From: Trueperaceae bacterium
GTDB taxonomy: Bacteria > Deinococcota > Deinococci > Deinococcales > Trueperaceae
Direction of reading: 5' to 3'
Assembly: GCA_965214405.1 (NCBI GenBank)
Contig: OZ243956.1
Span: forward strand, 640,001-704,000
DNA: 64,000 bases
Shown here piece by piece: positions 51,842 through 61,822 of the stretch (position 1 is the first letter of the stretch; each line of letters opens with the position of its first letter). Made by a program: the position numbers and the translations under genes. The notes beneath the pieces were generated by a model. The model made no database searches, was not told the origin of the DNA, and worked only from the letters and a program-made list of their open reading frames with translations.

Positions 51842-53128
51842 ATGAATTCACTCGGTCTTCAACGTGTCAAACGTTCCTACTATATCGTCACCTTTCTCTT
51901 CTGGTTCGCTACCATTTTGCCCGGCGCGGTGTCGGTGCTGCTCGCTCAGGCCAGAGGGCTGGACCTCTTTCAGATCGGCATTTTTACGGGCATTTACTCG
52001 CTTACTATCGTCTTGTTAGAAATTCCCACCGGAGGACTCGCCGACGCGGTCGGGCGCAAGCGGGTCACGGTTCTGGCGCTTCTTTTTATCATCGCCTCGC
52101 TGGTGGTGTTCTTGTTCGCTTTTTCGTTCACCTTCTTTTTACTCTACGCCCTGCTCGCGGGCGCGGGGCGTGCGCTCATGTCAGGCGCTTTGGAAGCGTG
52201 GTTTATCGACAGTCCTCATGAAGCGGAGCCTGACGCCGACATCCAGCCGCCGCTCGCCGTGGCGGGCACGGTTGAACTCGTCGCGCTGGGGCTGGGTACG
52301 CTCCTCGGGAGTTTTTTGCCGACGCGCTTTGGCGGCTTACCGGCGGAGGGTACGGCGGTACTGACACCTTTTTCGGTGACGTTTCTTTGTTCAATTTTCA
52401 TGATGACGCTGACGCTTCTAGCGGTTCTTTTGCTGGTGCGGGAGGAGCGGGTAGAGCGGGAGGCCGGAAACGTGCGCGGGGTGGGGGCGCTGCCGCAGAT
52501 TGTCGGGGAGGCCTTCTGGTTGAGCCGCCGCAACCCCACCATCCTGCTGCTTTTGGGGGCGACGCTGGCGAGCGGCCTGGCGCTTGGCAGCCTCGAGACC
52601 TTTTGGCAGCCGCGCTTCGCCACGCTGCTGGGCGGCAGCGAGGGGAACAGCGTGGTGTTCGGCGTGCTCCTCGCGGGAAGTTTCGGCCTCGGCGCGCTCG
52701 GCAACCTCCTGGCGACGCCGCTGAGTCGGCTGTTCGGCAAACGCTACGCGCGCGTTGCGGCCCTTTCTCAGGGGCTGGGCGGCCTCGCGCTGGTCTTGCT
52801 CGCGCTGCAAACCTCCGCTACGGCGGCGGCAGGATTTTTCTGGCTCGTCTACGCCAGCCGCGGCGTTCTCAACTCGCCCCACGCGGCGCTCTTTAACCGG
52901 GAGGTGCCCAAGGCGCGGCGCTCGGCGATGCTGTCGGTGCAGTCTTTGGCAACCTACGCAGGGCTATTTTTGGGAAGCACGGTTCTTGGCTACGTCTCAG
53001 AGAGGGCGTCGGTCAGCCTCGCCTGGATGCTGGCGGGGGCGGCTTTGGGCGCGTCTTTACTTTTTTATCTCGGGGTGGGGCGTGTGGAGGCGAGGGCGGG
53101 AGAGCTCGAGGAAGACTCGCAGCCCTGA
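51842..53128 (+). CDS. MFS transporter
   Basis: LEIPTGGLADAVGRK, ~12 hydrophobic segments. Confidence 0.9.
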   Translation: MNSLGLQRVKRSYYIVTFLFWFATILPGAVSVLLAQARGLDLFQIGIFTGIYSLTIVLLEIPTGGLADAVGRKRVTVLALLFIIASLVVFLFAFSFTFFLLYALLAGAGRALMSGALEAWFIDSPHEAEPDADIQPPLAVAGTVELVALGLGTLLGSFLPTRFGGLPAEGTAVLTPFSVTFLCSIFMMTLTLLAVLLLVREERVEREAGNVRGVGALPQIVGEAFWLSRRNPTILLLLGATLASGLALGSLETFWQPRFATLLGGSEGNSVVFGVLLAGSFGLGALGNLLATPLSRLFGKRYARVAALSQGLGGLALVLLALQTSATAAAGFFWLVYASRGVLNSPHAALFNREVPKARRSAMLSVQSLATYAGLFLGSTVLGYVSERASVSLAWMLAGAALGASLLFYLGVGRVEARAGELEEDSQP

Positions 53129-53168
53129 AACACTTTTGAACCCATATTGTGACCTTAGGCTGTGCGTC

Positions 53169-53249
53169 TAGAGGGTGTTTGGTCATTCATCTCCCCCCTT
53201 GTTAAGGGGGGCTTTTATGAACAGTTGGGTATTTGAAAAATACCCTCTA
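53169..53249 (+). mobile_element. MITE-like element, short copy
   Basis: IRs TAGAGGGTGTTT..AAATACCCTCTA, one internal CCCCCCTT..AAGGGGGG palindrome. Confidence 0.65.
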
Positions 53250-53284
53250 TACTCCGACCTCACTCCACCTCCCTCACCACAGCC

Positions 53285-54790
53285 TCACTCCTCCCGCAAC
53301 CGCGCCAGCACCCGCTGCATGGATGGTTTGAGCCCCCGCACCTCCACCTCGGCCCCATGCTCTTGGGCCTCATCGGTAAGCTCGGACAGAAGCATCAGGC
53401 TGCTCAGGTCGATGTGGCTCACCCCCGTCACGTCGACGACCGCGTAGGCGACGCCCCCGCGCAAGAGGGTCTGAAACCCCGTCTCCAACTGGTTGGCCGA
53501 GCCGAACCACAGCACGCCCGACAGCGTGAGGGTGAGGACGTCGTCGTCGTAGCGGGCCTGTACGTCCAGGTGACTCTCCGAATAGAGGTGCGCGACCACC
53601 GACAGCGCGACGCCCACAAGCACCGCCACGTCGATGCGCGGCGCTAAAAGAAGGGTGAGCGCAAAGGTGGCGTAGGCGGTGAGCGCTTGCAGCTTCGTGT
53701 AGCGCCACAGCTTGAGGAGCGCACGGGGCTCGAGCAGATTCAACACCGCCCCGATCACCACCGCCGCCAGCACCGCCTTGGGCAGGGGCGCGAGAGAGGC
53801 GGAAAAGGGCAAAAAGGCGAGCACCACCGCGCCGGTGACAAACCCGCTAAAGCGGCTTTTGGCCCCCGCGAGCTTGTTAAGAGACGACCTCGAGAAAGAG
53901 CCTCCTACCGGAAACGCGCCGACGAGCCCTGCGATGAGGTTCGCCGCGCCCTGGCTGACGAACTCCCGGTCGGGCTGCCAGCGCCTGCCGCGCTCGGTCA
54001 AGGTGCGGGCGATGGCGGTGGGCTCGGCAAAGCCCACCACCGCGATGATCGCGCCGCCTAAGAGCAGCGACGGCAGCATCTCCCAGGGAAGCGCCAGCGA
54101 CAGCCGCGGCCACGACGCAGGTACGTTGCCGATGACGGGTCCCGCGTAGCCCGTCCACAGGCTCAGGCCAATTCCGGCGGCGGCGGCCAAGAGCACCCCC
54201 GGAAAGCGCGGCGACAGCCAGCGACCGCCCAGCATCAGGAGGAGCGTCAGCGCGGAAAACAGAAACGCCCCGAGCCGCCATCCGCCCGGATGCATCAGCG
54301 TCCAGCCGAGGTCCGCAAAGATGCCCCCGCGACTCGCCCCGACGCCCAGCGCGGCGGGCACCTGTGAGGCGAGAATCAAGACGGCGGCGGCGGAGGTAAA
54401 GCCTTGCAGCACGGGCTGCGACATAAAGTAGGCGACGCCGCCCAGCCTGAAAACCCCGAGCGCGACGCGCACCACACCCACGACGAGCGCCAGCAGCGCG
54501 GCGGCCCCCACGTAGGCGGGCGACCCGGCGGCGACTACGGAGGACAAAACCCCAAAAGCGAGAATCGAGGTGAGCGCGGTGGGGCCGGTTTGGAGAAAGG
54601 GGCTCGAGGCAAAAACCGCCGCCACAATGGGTGGTAGCGCGGCAGCGTAGAGCCCCAAGGGCGCGGGCACGCCCGCCAACTCAGCGTAGGCCAAGGACTG
54701 CGGGATGAGCACGAACGCCACCGACACGCCTGCGAGAAGGTCACCTAAGAAGCGAGCGCCGGAGCGGGCCGGGGGCGGCTTAGGTTGCAC
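53285..54790 (-). CDS. SulP family anion transporter with STAS domain
   Basis: DLLAG, IPQSLAYA, GLYAA, GSFSRS, C-terminal STAS. Confidence 0.93.
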   Translation of the reverse strand: MQPKPPPARSGARFLGDLLAGVSVAFVLIPQSLAYAELAGVPAPLGLYAAALPPIVAAVFASSPFLQTGPTALTSILAFGVLSSVVAAGSPAYVGAAALLALVVGVVRVALGVFRLGGVAYFMSQPVLQGFTSAAAVLILASQVPAALGVGASRGGIFADLGWTLMHPGGWRLGAFLFSALTLLLMLGGRWLSPRFPGVLLAAAAGIGLSLWTGYAGPVIGNVPASWPRLSLALPWEMLPSLLLGGAIIAVVGFAEPTAIARTLTERGRRWQPDREFVSQGAANLIAGLVGAFPVGGSFSRSSLNKLAGAKSRFSGFVTGAVVLAFLPFSASLAPLPKAVLAAVVIGAVLNLLEPRALLKLWRYTKLQALTAYATFALTLLLAPRIDVAVLVGVALSVVAHLYSESHLDVQARYDDDVLTLTLSGVLWFGSANQLETGFQTLLRGGVAYAVVDVTGVSHIDLSSLMLLSELTDEAQEHGAEVEVRGLKPSMQRVLARLREE

Positions 54791-54836
54791 GGGGGAGTGG
54801 TGTGGGGAGGTGGGAGGGTAAGAAAACGGGAGAAGC

Positions 54837-55000
54837 TAGGGGGTGTTTGAAAGGAGCTCGAGTTTCGACAAAAGCCCCCCTTAACAAGGGGGGTTGGGGG
54901 GATTTATCTCTGACCGACTTCGCGGCAAGGTGCAAAGGCAAATCCCCCCTCAGTCCCCCCTTATTAAGGGGGGAGGCAACGAATGTCCAGACACCCTCTA
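54837..55000 (-). mobile_element. MITE-like element, long copy
   Basis: IRs TAGGGGGTGTTTG..CAGACACCCTCTA, two CCCCCTT..AAGGGGG palindromes. Confidence 0.7.
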
Positions 55001-55034
55001 CGAGAAACTTCAACACGCGCCCGTCAAGACCCCG

Positions 55035-58000
55035 TCACTTTCCAAAAATATTCGGCAGCTCGTCAAACTCCACTAAGACCTCGCGCGGTTTGGAGCCCAT
55101 GTGCGCGCCCACGACGCCCAAAGCCTCCAAGGAGTCCATGAGCTTGCCCGCCCTCGCGTGCCCCACCGACAGGCGGCGCTGGAGCCGCGACACGCTCGCT
55201 TGGCCCTCGTTGATCACCATTTCGGCGGCGTCGCGCAGCTTGTCGTCTTTCCAGTCGACCATGCCGGTGGCGCTCGAGTCGTCCTCGGGCGCGGGGTCGA
55301 AGTCCGAGCCGTAGGCCTCGACGAAGTCGTCATCGAAAAACTGACGGCGCAGGAACGCCGCGAGCGTCGCCACTTCCGTCTCGTTAAAGTAAGGTCCCTG
55401 GAGGCGCACGGGTTTGGCAAGACCCGGCTGGTAGAAGAGCATGTCGCCCATGCCGGTTAAGCGCTCGGCTCCCATCGTGTCGAGAATCGTGCGCGAGTCG
55501 TGCCCGCTCGAGACCGCGAACGCGACGCGCGCGGGCACGTTCACTTTAATGAGCGAGGTGAGGATGTCCACGCTCGGGCGCTGCGTCGCCAGGACCAAGT
55601 GCATTCCGGTGGCCCGCGCCATCTGCGCCAACCGCATGATGGCGCTTTCGACCTCTTTGGGTGAGGTGATCATCAGGTCGGCCAATTCGTCAATGATAAT
55701 GACGATAAAGGGCATCTCGGGCATGTCGTAAGCGCGCGCCTTGGTGTTGTACTGGTCTAGGTTCTTCGCGCCGATTTTGCTCATCATCTTGTAGCGCCGC
55801 TCCATGTGCGCGACCGCGCCCAGGAGCACGCCCGCCGCGTCGTTGGGGTTGGTCACGACGGGGCGCAAGAGGTGCGGGATGCCGTCGAAAGGCGTCAGCT
55901 CGACCATTTTGGGGTCGATCATGAGAAAGCGCAGCTCGGTCGGCAGGAACTTGTAGAGCAGAGAGCCGACGAGCGTGTTGACCGCGACCGACTTGCCCGA
56001 GCCCGTCGAACCCGCGATGAGCAGGTGGGGCATCTTGGCGAGGTCGCCCACGACCGTCTCGCCGTCGATGCTTTTGCCCAAGACGAGCGGGAGCCGCGCC
56101 TTGGTGCGCCTAAAAGAAGCCGATTCGGCGGCCTCGCGGAACAAAATCAGGTCGCGGTTCGCGTTGGGGACCTCTAGACCAATCACGCTCTTGCCGGGGA
56201 TGGGGGCCTCGATGCGGACGCTGCCCACCGCCATCGCCAAGGCGAGGTCGTCGGAAAGGTTGGCGAAGCGCGAGATTTTTTCGCCGGGGGCGGGCTCGAC
56301 CTCGAAGCGCGTCACGGTGGGGCCGCGCACGCTGGCGACCACCCGACCGGCGAGCTTAAAGTTTGCCAGCGTATCGTCGATTTTAGAAACGCGCGCCGCC
56401 ACCTCGCGCGCCTGCGCCCGCGGGTCCTCGTCGCTCGGCGTGGGCGCGTCCAAAAGTTCTAGACTCGGCAGCGTGAGGGGGATGCCGCCCACCTCGGGCA
56501 GCGCCTCGTCTTCGTCGTCACCCGCGTCACCTTCGTACACGCCGATTTGCGAGCCGATGTCGTCTTGTGGATAAACCGCCACACCCGCCATGTCGTCTTC
56601 TGGATCATCCGAGCCGTCCAGAGTGTAAACCGCCACGTCGTCTCCGTCTGAGGATGGGTCTGAGGAGGTGGCGGGTGGGTAAACGGCCACCGCCGCCCCG
56701 TCTTCCCAGGTACTCTCCCTGTTCTTCTCCCAGCCTCGAGCGCCCCCCTCAGCCCCAGCAAATACCCCCACAGGCGCGCGCCCTCTGTCTCCCTCCCCGT
56801 CTCCATCCTCCACACCGTCAGAAAACGCTTCATCTTCGCCTTCATCCTCACCCGCCAGCGCGTCCGGGACCGGCTCGTGGAGTTTAAGCTCCACCTCGAC
56901 CAGGGCCTGCCGCCACCCTTCAAACCGCCCCAGCGCGTCCCGACCGTCCTCGCCAAACTCCTTGACGAGCGCGTCGCCGTAGGCAACAAGTTCAGCCCGC
57001 TCGCCAAACGCGTTGGTCAGCCGGAGCACCTTATGGTTGAGCGTGCGCCAGGGCAAGAGCGCCTCCGCGTCCTCCTCCAATCCCTCCGCCGCTTCGACCA
57101 CGCCCTTGTACCCCGCCACCCGCGCGTGGTGACCCTCGAAAGCCCCAGCCAGCGCGCGCGGCCCGATACCGTCGAGCGACGCTTCGGCGGCGTCGCGTTC
57201 GCGCGTGAGGCGGTGGTAGCGTTCCTCCAACGCCGTGAGGTCGAGCGCCAGCGTTTTGCGAACCGTGTCGAGCGCCAAGGAGGTGCGTACGGGTTCGTCG
57301 ACGGGGTCGTCCAAAGACGCGCCGATGTCTCCCACCCAGCCCTCAAAGTCCTCAATGCCCTCGCCCTTTAAGTGATGACGGAGTTCGTTCGCGCGGTCCA
57401 GGGTAAAGTCGCTTACCGCGTCCCGCCACGCGCCCAGGTCTGCCTGCACGTCGGCGAGAGTGCCTTCGTCGGTTTTGCCCTTGAGGCGTTCTCGAGAGGT
57501 CTCGACCGACTTGCGCCAGCGGCCCAGCTCGGCGGAGCCGGGGTAGAGCTTGCGAAGCGCATCTAAGTCTTTGTCGAGTTCGCGTAGCGACTTTCGCGTG
57601 AGCGCCACGTCCGCGCCGAAGGCCGCACGTTCCTTGAGCTTGCGGCGGCCCTCGAGCGCCCCCCGCCACCCGCGCTGCACCCCCCGCACGCCGCCGCGAA
57701 GGCCCGTCCTCGAGATGTGCGTGGGCCGCCAGGCCAAGACGAGTTCAACGCCCAAGGTCACGATGAGAAACGCGACCAAGTACGCCAGCCAGCCCGTCCG
57801 GGGCGCGACGAGGCGGCGCAGCGCCAGCCCCCAGCTCCCGCTCGCCGCCGGGTTGAGGAGCATCACAAACAGCCACAGCCCGAACGCCACCACGCCGTAA
57901 CCCGCCAGCACCCGCGGCCAGCCCTTGGGCGAGCGCCGCAGGAGAAAAAAAGAGCCCAGCAACAGAAACGGCCAGGGCAGCGCGTAAGCCCCCCAGCCGA

Positions 58001-58172
58001 CGCTCCCAAAAAGCGCGCCCCGAAACGCGCGCCCCAAGTCGCCCGTCGGCAACGCGGGGACGAGCATCCCCAAAATGAAGATGCCGACCGCCAGCAGCAC
58101 CAGGCCGATGGCCTCTAAATCGAGCTGACCCTTCTTTCCTTTTTTCTTACGCGTTGTTCTCTGTCTCGCCAC
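55035..58172 (-). CDS. ftsK: DNA translocase FtsK
   Basis: N-terminal TM segments, [27 protein letters not shown], gamma domain SVSRLQRRL. Confidence 0.96.
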   Translation of the reverse strand: MARQRTTRKKKGKKGQLDLEAIGLVLLAVGIFILGMLVPALPTGDLGRAFRGALFGSVGWGAYALPWPFLLLGSFFLLRRSPKGWPRVLAGYGVVAFGLWLFVMLLNPAASGSWGLALRRLVAPRTGWLAYLVAFLIVTLGVELVLAWRPTHISRTGLRGGVRGVQRGWRGALEGRRKLKERAAFGADVALTRKSLRELDKDLDALRKLYPGSAELGRWRKSVETSRERLKGKTDEGTLADVQADLGAWRDAVSDFTLDRANELRHHLKGEGIEDFEGWVGDIGASLDDPVDEPVRTSLALDTVRKTLALDLTALEERYHRLTRERDAAEASLDGIGPRALAGAFEGHHARVAGYKGVVEAAEGLEEDAEALLPWRTLNHKVLRLTNAFGERAELVAYGDALVKEFGEDGRDALGRFEGWRQALVEVELKLHEPVPDALAGEDEGEDEAFSDGVEDGDGEGDRGRAPVGVFAGAEGGARGWEKNRESTWEDGAAVAVYPPATSSDPSSDGDDVAVYTLDGSDDPEDDMAGVAVYPQDDIGSQIGVYEGDAGDDEDEALPEVGGIPLTLPSLELLDAPTPSDEDPRAQAREVAARVSKIDDTLANFKLAGRVVASVRGPTVTRFEVEPAPGEKISRFANLSDDLALAMAVGSVRIEAPIPGKSVIGLEVPNANRDLILFREAAESASFRRTKARLPLVLGKSIDGETVVGDLAKMPHLLIAGSTGSGKSVAVNTLVGSLLYKFLPTELRFLMIDPKMVELTPFDGIPHLLRPVVTNPNDAAGVLLGAVAHMERRYKMMSKIGAKNLDQYNTKARAYDMPEMPFIVIIIDELADLMITSPKEVESAIMRLAQMARATGMHLVLATQRPSVDILTSLIKVNVPARVAFAVSSGHDSRTILDTMGAERLTGMGDMLFYQPGLAKPVRLQGPYFNETEVATLAAFLRRQFFDDDFVEAYGSDFDPAPEDDSSATGMVDWKDDKLRDAAEMVINEGQASVSRLQRRLSVGHARAGKLMDSLEALGVVGAHMGSKPREVLVEFDELPNIFGK

Positions 58173-58295
58173 GTTCCTAGTTTACCCAATGCGGCGCGTG
58201 AGGGTGAGGCGGTGGAGAAGTGGAGAGATAGGGTGGTGGGGAGATGGGGAGCAGAGGAGCATTTACACTCCATCTTCCCCCTCCCTACTTCCTAC

Positions 58296-59684
58296 TCAAC
58301 TACCTGCGCGCTTCTTGGAGTTTACAGGCGCTTCCGGCGCGCTTTCGGGAGGGTCAGGCGGGGCAGGTTCGGGCGGGGCGGTTTTGGGTGGAGCAGGATA
58401 AACGGCGGGGGGTCTGGGGGTAAAAGGCCGGGGTATAAAAGATTGGCGTTTGGGCGCTCGAGGCGCAGAAGGCTGAGCGGTCTGGGGCGTGTCGTCCTCC
58501 CACACCACCGCATTTGCTTCCTGGTAGGCGGGGCGTCTGAGAAGGTACTCCTCCAAAATCACCTTGACGAGCGCGACCACGGGCACCGCCAGGAGCGCCC
58601 CGACGAGCCCAAACAGCCCCGCACCCGCGAGAATTGCCAGGAGCACGGTGACGGGGTGCAAATTGGTGGACTTGGACAAAATAAAGGGCGACAAGATGTT
58701 GCCCTCGATCTGATTGGCGACGATAAACACCACCACCGCCAGGAGCGCGGTAAGAGGACTCACGGTAAAGCCCAGAATCACCGCCGGAATCACGCCGATG
58801 ATGGGTCCTAAGTAGGGCACGAGGTTGAAGATCGCCGCGAGAAAGCTTATCGCCTCGGCGAGAGGCACCCCGACGATTCTGAGGCCGACCCACACGAACA
58901 CGCCCAAAATGGCGGTAATGAGCAGTTGCCCGCGCAAGTAGCCGCCCACCGCCATATCGGCCTTGGCGATGAGGTCGTTGTAGAGGGGTCGCCAGCGGAC
59001 CGGCACGTAGCGCCTAAAGTTGGCGGTAAAGCGCGGGAAATCGTACAGAAAGTAGGCGCTCGTGAGCAAAATGAGCACGACTTGTGTGGTGGTCGATAAA
59101 ATGCTGGTTGCGCCCGTGAGCAAGACGCCCGGCCCGTCCGTGGCGACGCGCCGCAGCACGCTGTTGAGGCTCACCGCCGTGCGCTCCAGAAAGGCCGCGA
59201 CCTGCTCCTGTATCCTCAAACCGAGGTCGTTCCCGTTGGGGTCGATGCCAAAGCGGTTGGACAAAACGTCGGGCAGATTCTCCTGCCAGCTCGAAACCCG
59301 CACCGCCGTCCGCTCGATAAAAGGCGCGATATCGTTCTGGATCGCGCTCGGAACACGCCGCACAAACTCGCCCGTCTGCACGATCACTTGGCTCAGCAGC
59401 ACCGAGCCGAGCACCGCGAGCAAGAGCAGCACGATGTAAATGATCACCACCGCGAGCGAGCGCCCGATGCGCAAGCGCCCCAGGAGCCCGACAACAGGAT
59501 TTAAGATGTACGCCACCACGAAGCCGACGATGGCGACCTGAACCGCAAAGGCCGCGCCGCGCCCGTAAGTAAAGAGCACGAACAAGACGAAAATTGCGAG
59601 CAAGATATAGGTGAGCGCGCGCACCCAGGGGCTGCGCCAGATGATTTCGATGGCGGTCACGTTTTTGGGCATTAGAGGGCGCAC
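58296..59684 (-). CDS. AI-2E family transporter
   Basis: AYILNP, YLRGQ, NLVPYLGP, LHPV; Pro-rich tail. Confidence 0.9.
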   Translation of the reverse strand: MRPLMPKNVTAIEIIWRSPWVRALTYILLAIFVLFVLFTYGRGAAFAVQVAIVGFVVAYILNPVVGLLGRLRIGRSLAVVIIYIVLLLLAVLGSVLLSQVIVQTGEFVRRVPSAIQNDIAPFIERTAVRVSSWQENLPDVLSNRFGIDPNGNDLGLRIQEQVAAFLERTAVSLNSVLRRVATDGPGVLLTGATSILSTTTQVVLILLTSAYFLYDFPRFTANFRRYVPVRWRPLYNDLIAKADMAVGGYLRGQLLITAILGVFVWVGLRIVGVPLAEAISFLAAIFNLVPYLGPIIGVIPAVILGFTVSPLTALLAVVVFIVANQIEGNILSPFILSKSTNLHPVTVLLAILAGAGLFGLVGALLAVPVVALVKVILEEYLLRRPAYQEANAVVWEDDTPQTAQPSAPRAPKRQSFIPRPFTPRPPAVYPAPPKTAPPEPAPPDPPESAPEAPVNSKKRAGS

Positions 59685-59990
59685 ACCTTGGGGGCTCGAG
59701 CCCCTGTTTTCACTTTATCTTTAGGTATGGCCTCATCTTTAGGTATGGCCCCTATAACAGGTGTGGCCACTACAGGTGTGACTACAAAAAGTACAAGAAA
59801 GGAGCGCCCGCACCGAAAGGTCAAAGTTAGGGCCATCACGAAAGGGAGTTTAGCACAGCGGCGCGGCCCTTCTGAAGACAACTCGCGTCGGCAGGACTAC
59901 CGCAACGCCGGGTCCAGCGCGCGAGCAGCGCGGGATATCAACCTCTCATACTTGACTCTATCCCTGCGATTTTGAGGTAGCCCCGACTCC

Positions 59991-60029
59991 TTTGCTGTAC
60001 AAATCCGCTGTACAAATTTGCAGTACAAA
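59991..60029 (+). promoter_or_regulatory. Three tandem 13-bp repeats, candidate operator
   Basis: TTTGCTGTACAAA, TCCGCTGTACAAA, TTTGCAGTACAAA upstream of TATCGT-6nt-ATG. Confidence 0.55.
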
Positions 60030-60066
60030 CGGTGATGCGCGTGAAAAGGTCTGCTATCGTTGAGAC

Positions 60067-61275
60067 ATGACCAGCACTCTGACCAACCCCACCACAACCG
60101 CCGACAATACCCTCTGGTTCGAACTCAGCGCGGACCAGAAAGCACTTATCGGACCCTTGCGCGACTTTTTACATTCCGAAGTGGCCCCAGGCGCGCAAGA
60201 GCGCGACAAGACGGGCGAGTTTCCCCACGACCTCGTCAAGCAACTTGGCGAACTCGGCGTGATGGGGATGCAGGTGCCGGAGCAGTACGGCGGTGCGGCC
60301 TTGGACACCGCCACGATGGCGCGCATTATCGAAGAGATTGCCGCGGTGGACGGCTCCTTATGCCTCACCGTCGCCTCGCACAACTCGCTCTGCACGGGTC
60401 ACCTGATGATTGCGGGGAACGAAAACCAGAAGGCCGAGTTTGTGCCCGCGTTGGCTCGAGGCGAGAAACTCGGCGCGTGGGGCCTCACCGAACCGGGCTC
60501 GGGCTCGGACGCCGCGGCGATGAAGAGCAGGGCGGACGACAAGGGTGACCACTTCGTCCTCAACGGCTCCAAAATTTTTATCACCCAGGGCACCGTCGGC
60601 GGCACCTATGTGATCGTCGCCCGCACCGACGCCCCGCGCGAGGACCGCTCGGCGGCGGACGGCATCAGCGCCTTCGTGTTTGACGGTGACGCGCCGGGAC
60701 TCGTGCGCGGCAAGCCGGAGGAGAAGCTGGGCCTGCACGCGTCGGACACGACGCCGCTGACGTTTGAAAATATCGAGATTCCTAAAGACAACCTTGTTGG
60801 AAAACGCGGCGGGGGCTTCAAAGACGTGATGGCCGTACTTGACGGCGGGCGCATCGGCATCGGGGCGATGGGCATCGGCTTGGGGCGGGGGGCTTTAGAG
60901 ATTGCCGCGAAGTACGCCCTCGAGCGCGAGCAGTTCGGCAAGCCCATCGCCAGCAACCAAGGCGTAAGTTTCAAGCTTGCCGAGATGGCGACGGAGTTGG
61001 AGGCCGCCCGCTTGTTGGTCCTCAAGGCCGCCGCGCTCAAAGACGCGGGCCGCGACTACGTGGTGGCCGCCTCGCAGGCCAAACTCACGGGCAGCGTCGC
61101 GGGGGTCAAGGCCTGCGACCACGCGATTCAGATTTTGGGCGGCTACGGTTACATCAGAGAGTACGAAGTCGAGCGCATGTGGCGCGACGCCAGACTCACC
61201 CGCATCGGCGAGGGGACGGACGAGATACAGCACTTGATTATCTCGAGGGAGTACCTCAAACAGTTTAGGGGGTAA
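60067..61275 (+). CDS. Acyl-CoA dehydrogenase
   Basis: [35 protein letters not shown]. Confidence 0.95.
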   Translation: MTSTLTNPTTTADNTLWFELSADQKALIGPLRDFLHSEVAPGAQERDKTGEFPHDLVKQLGELGVMGMQVPEQYGGAALDTATMARIIEEIAAVDGSLCLTVASHNSLCTGHLMIAGNENQKAEFVPALARGEKLGAWGLTEPGSGSDAAAMKSRADDKGDHFVLNGSKIFITQGTVGGTYVIVARTDAPREDRSAADGISAFVFDGDAPGLVRGKPEEKLGLHASDTTPLTFENIEIPKDNLVGKRGGGFKDVMAVLDGGRIGIGAMGIGLGRGALEIAAKYALEREQFGKPIASNQGVSFKLAEMATELEAARLLVLKAAALKDAGRDYVVAASQAKLTGSVAGVKACDHAIQILGGYGYIREYEVERMWRDARLTRIGEGTDEIQHLIISREYLKQFRG

Positions 61276-61287
61276 GTATTCCCCGTT

Positions 61288-61797
61288 CTAGCGCTCAGAT
61301 TGTAACCACTGCGCCACCGCCTCGGCATCCTCACGCGGAGTTTGACTCCCGACCGGAATACGGGCGTGACTCGAGCGCCTAAGACTCGCGGCGTAAGCAA
61401 GCTCGTCGGCGACGCTGGCGTCTGTTTCCCCCCGCGCCCGCAGCCGGTGGGCAAGGGCGTCGTTCGGGCAATCGAGATAGGCACATCTGAGCCGCGTGGT
61501 GCTTAGGGAACCCTGAAAATCGTCGGGCGTGGCTGGCCCGCACAAAACGACGTCATGTCCTCCGGCCAATACCGCCCCGACAACCGCAGCCCACGTCGCC
61601 CGTAGACCCTCCCAGGTCGAAGGGTCAGTGTTGACGTTCTTTCCCGCCGCGGCGGAGACGCCCGGAATAATCGAGTCCCAGTCGAAAACGACGCAGTCGG
61701 GGAGCAGTCGGACGAGATGCGGCACCAGCGAGGTCTTGCCCGCTCCCCAGGGTCCGGTGACCAGGTGTAGTGCTGCCGCTCTTTCTCGTAACGCCAT
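61288..61797 (-). CDS. P-loop kinase / AAA-like protein
   Basis: GPWGAGKTS Walker A, LAHRL.ARG lid. Confidence 0.7.
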   Translation of the reverse strand: MALRERAAALHLVTGPWGAGKTSLVPHLVRLLPDCVVFDWDSIIPGVSAAAGKNVNTDPSTWEGLRATWAAVVGAVLAGGHDVVLCGPATPDDFQGSLSTTRLRCAYLDCPNDALAHRLRARGETDASVADELAYAASLRRSSHARIPVGSQTPREDAEAVAQWLQSER

Positions 61798-61822
61798 AAA
61801 CCTCTCGCATTCTCAACCTGAT

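Noticed and set aside
59672..59975. Small ORFs upstream of the AI-2E gene
   Set aside because: Built largely from short tandem duplications, with no recognisable family or clear RBS; left uncalled
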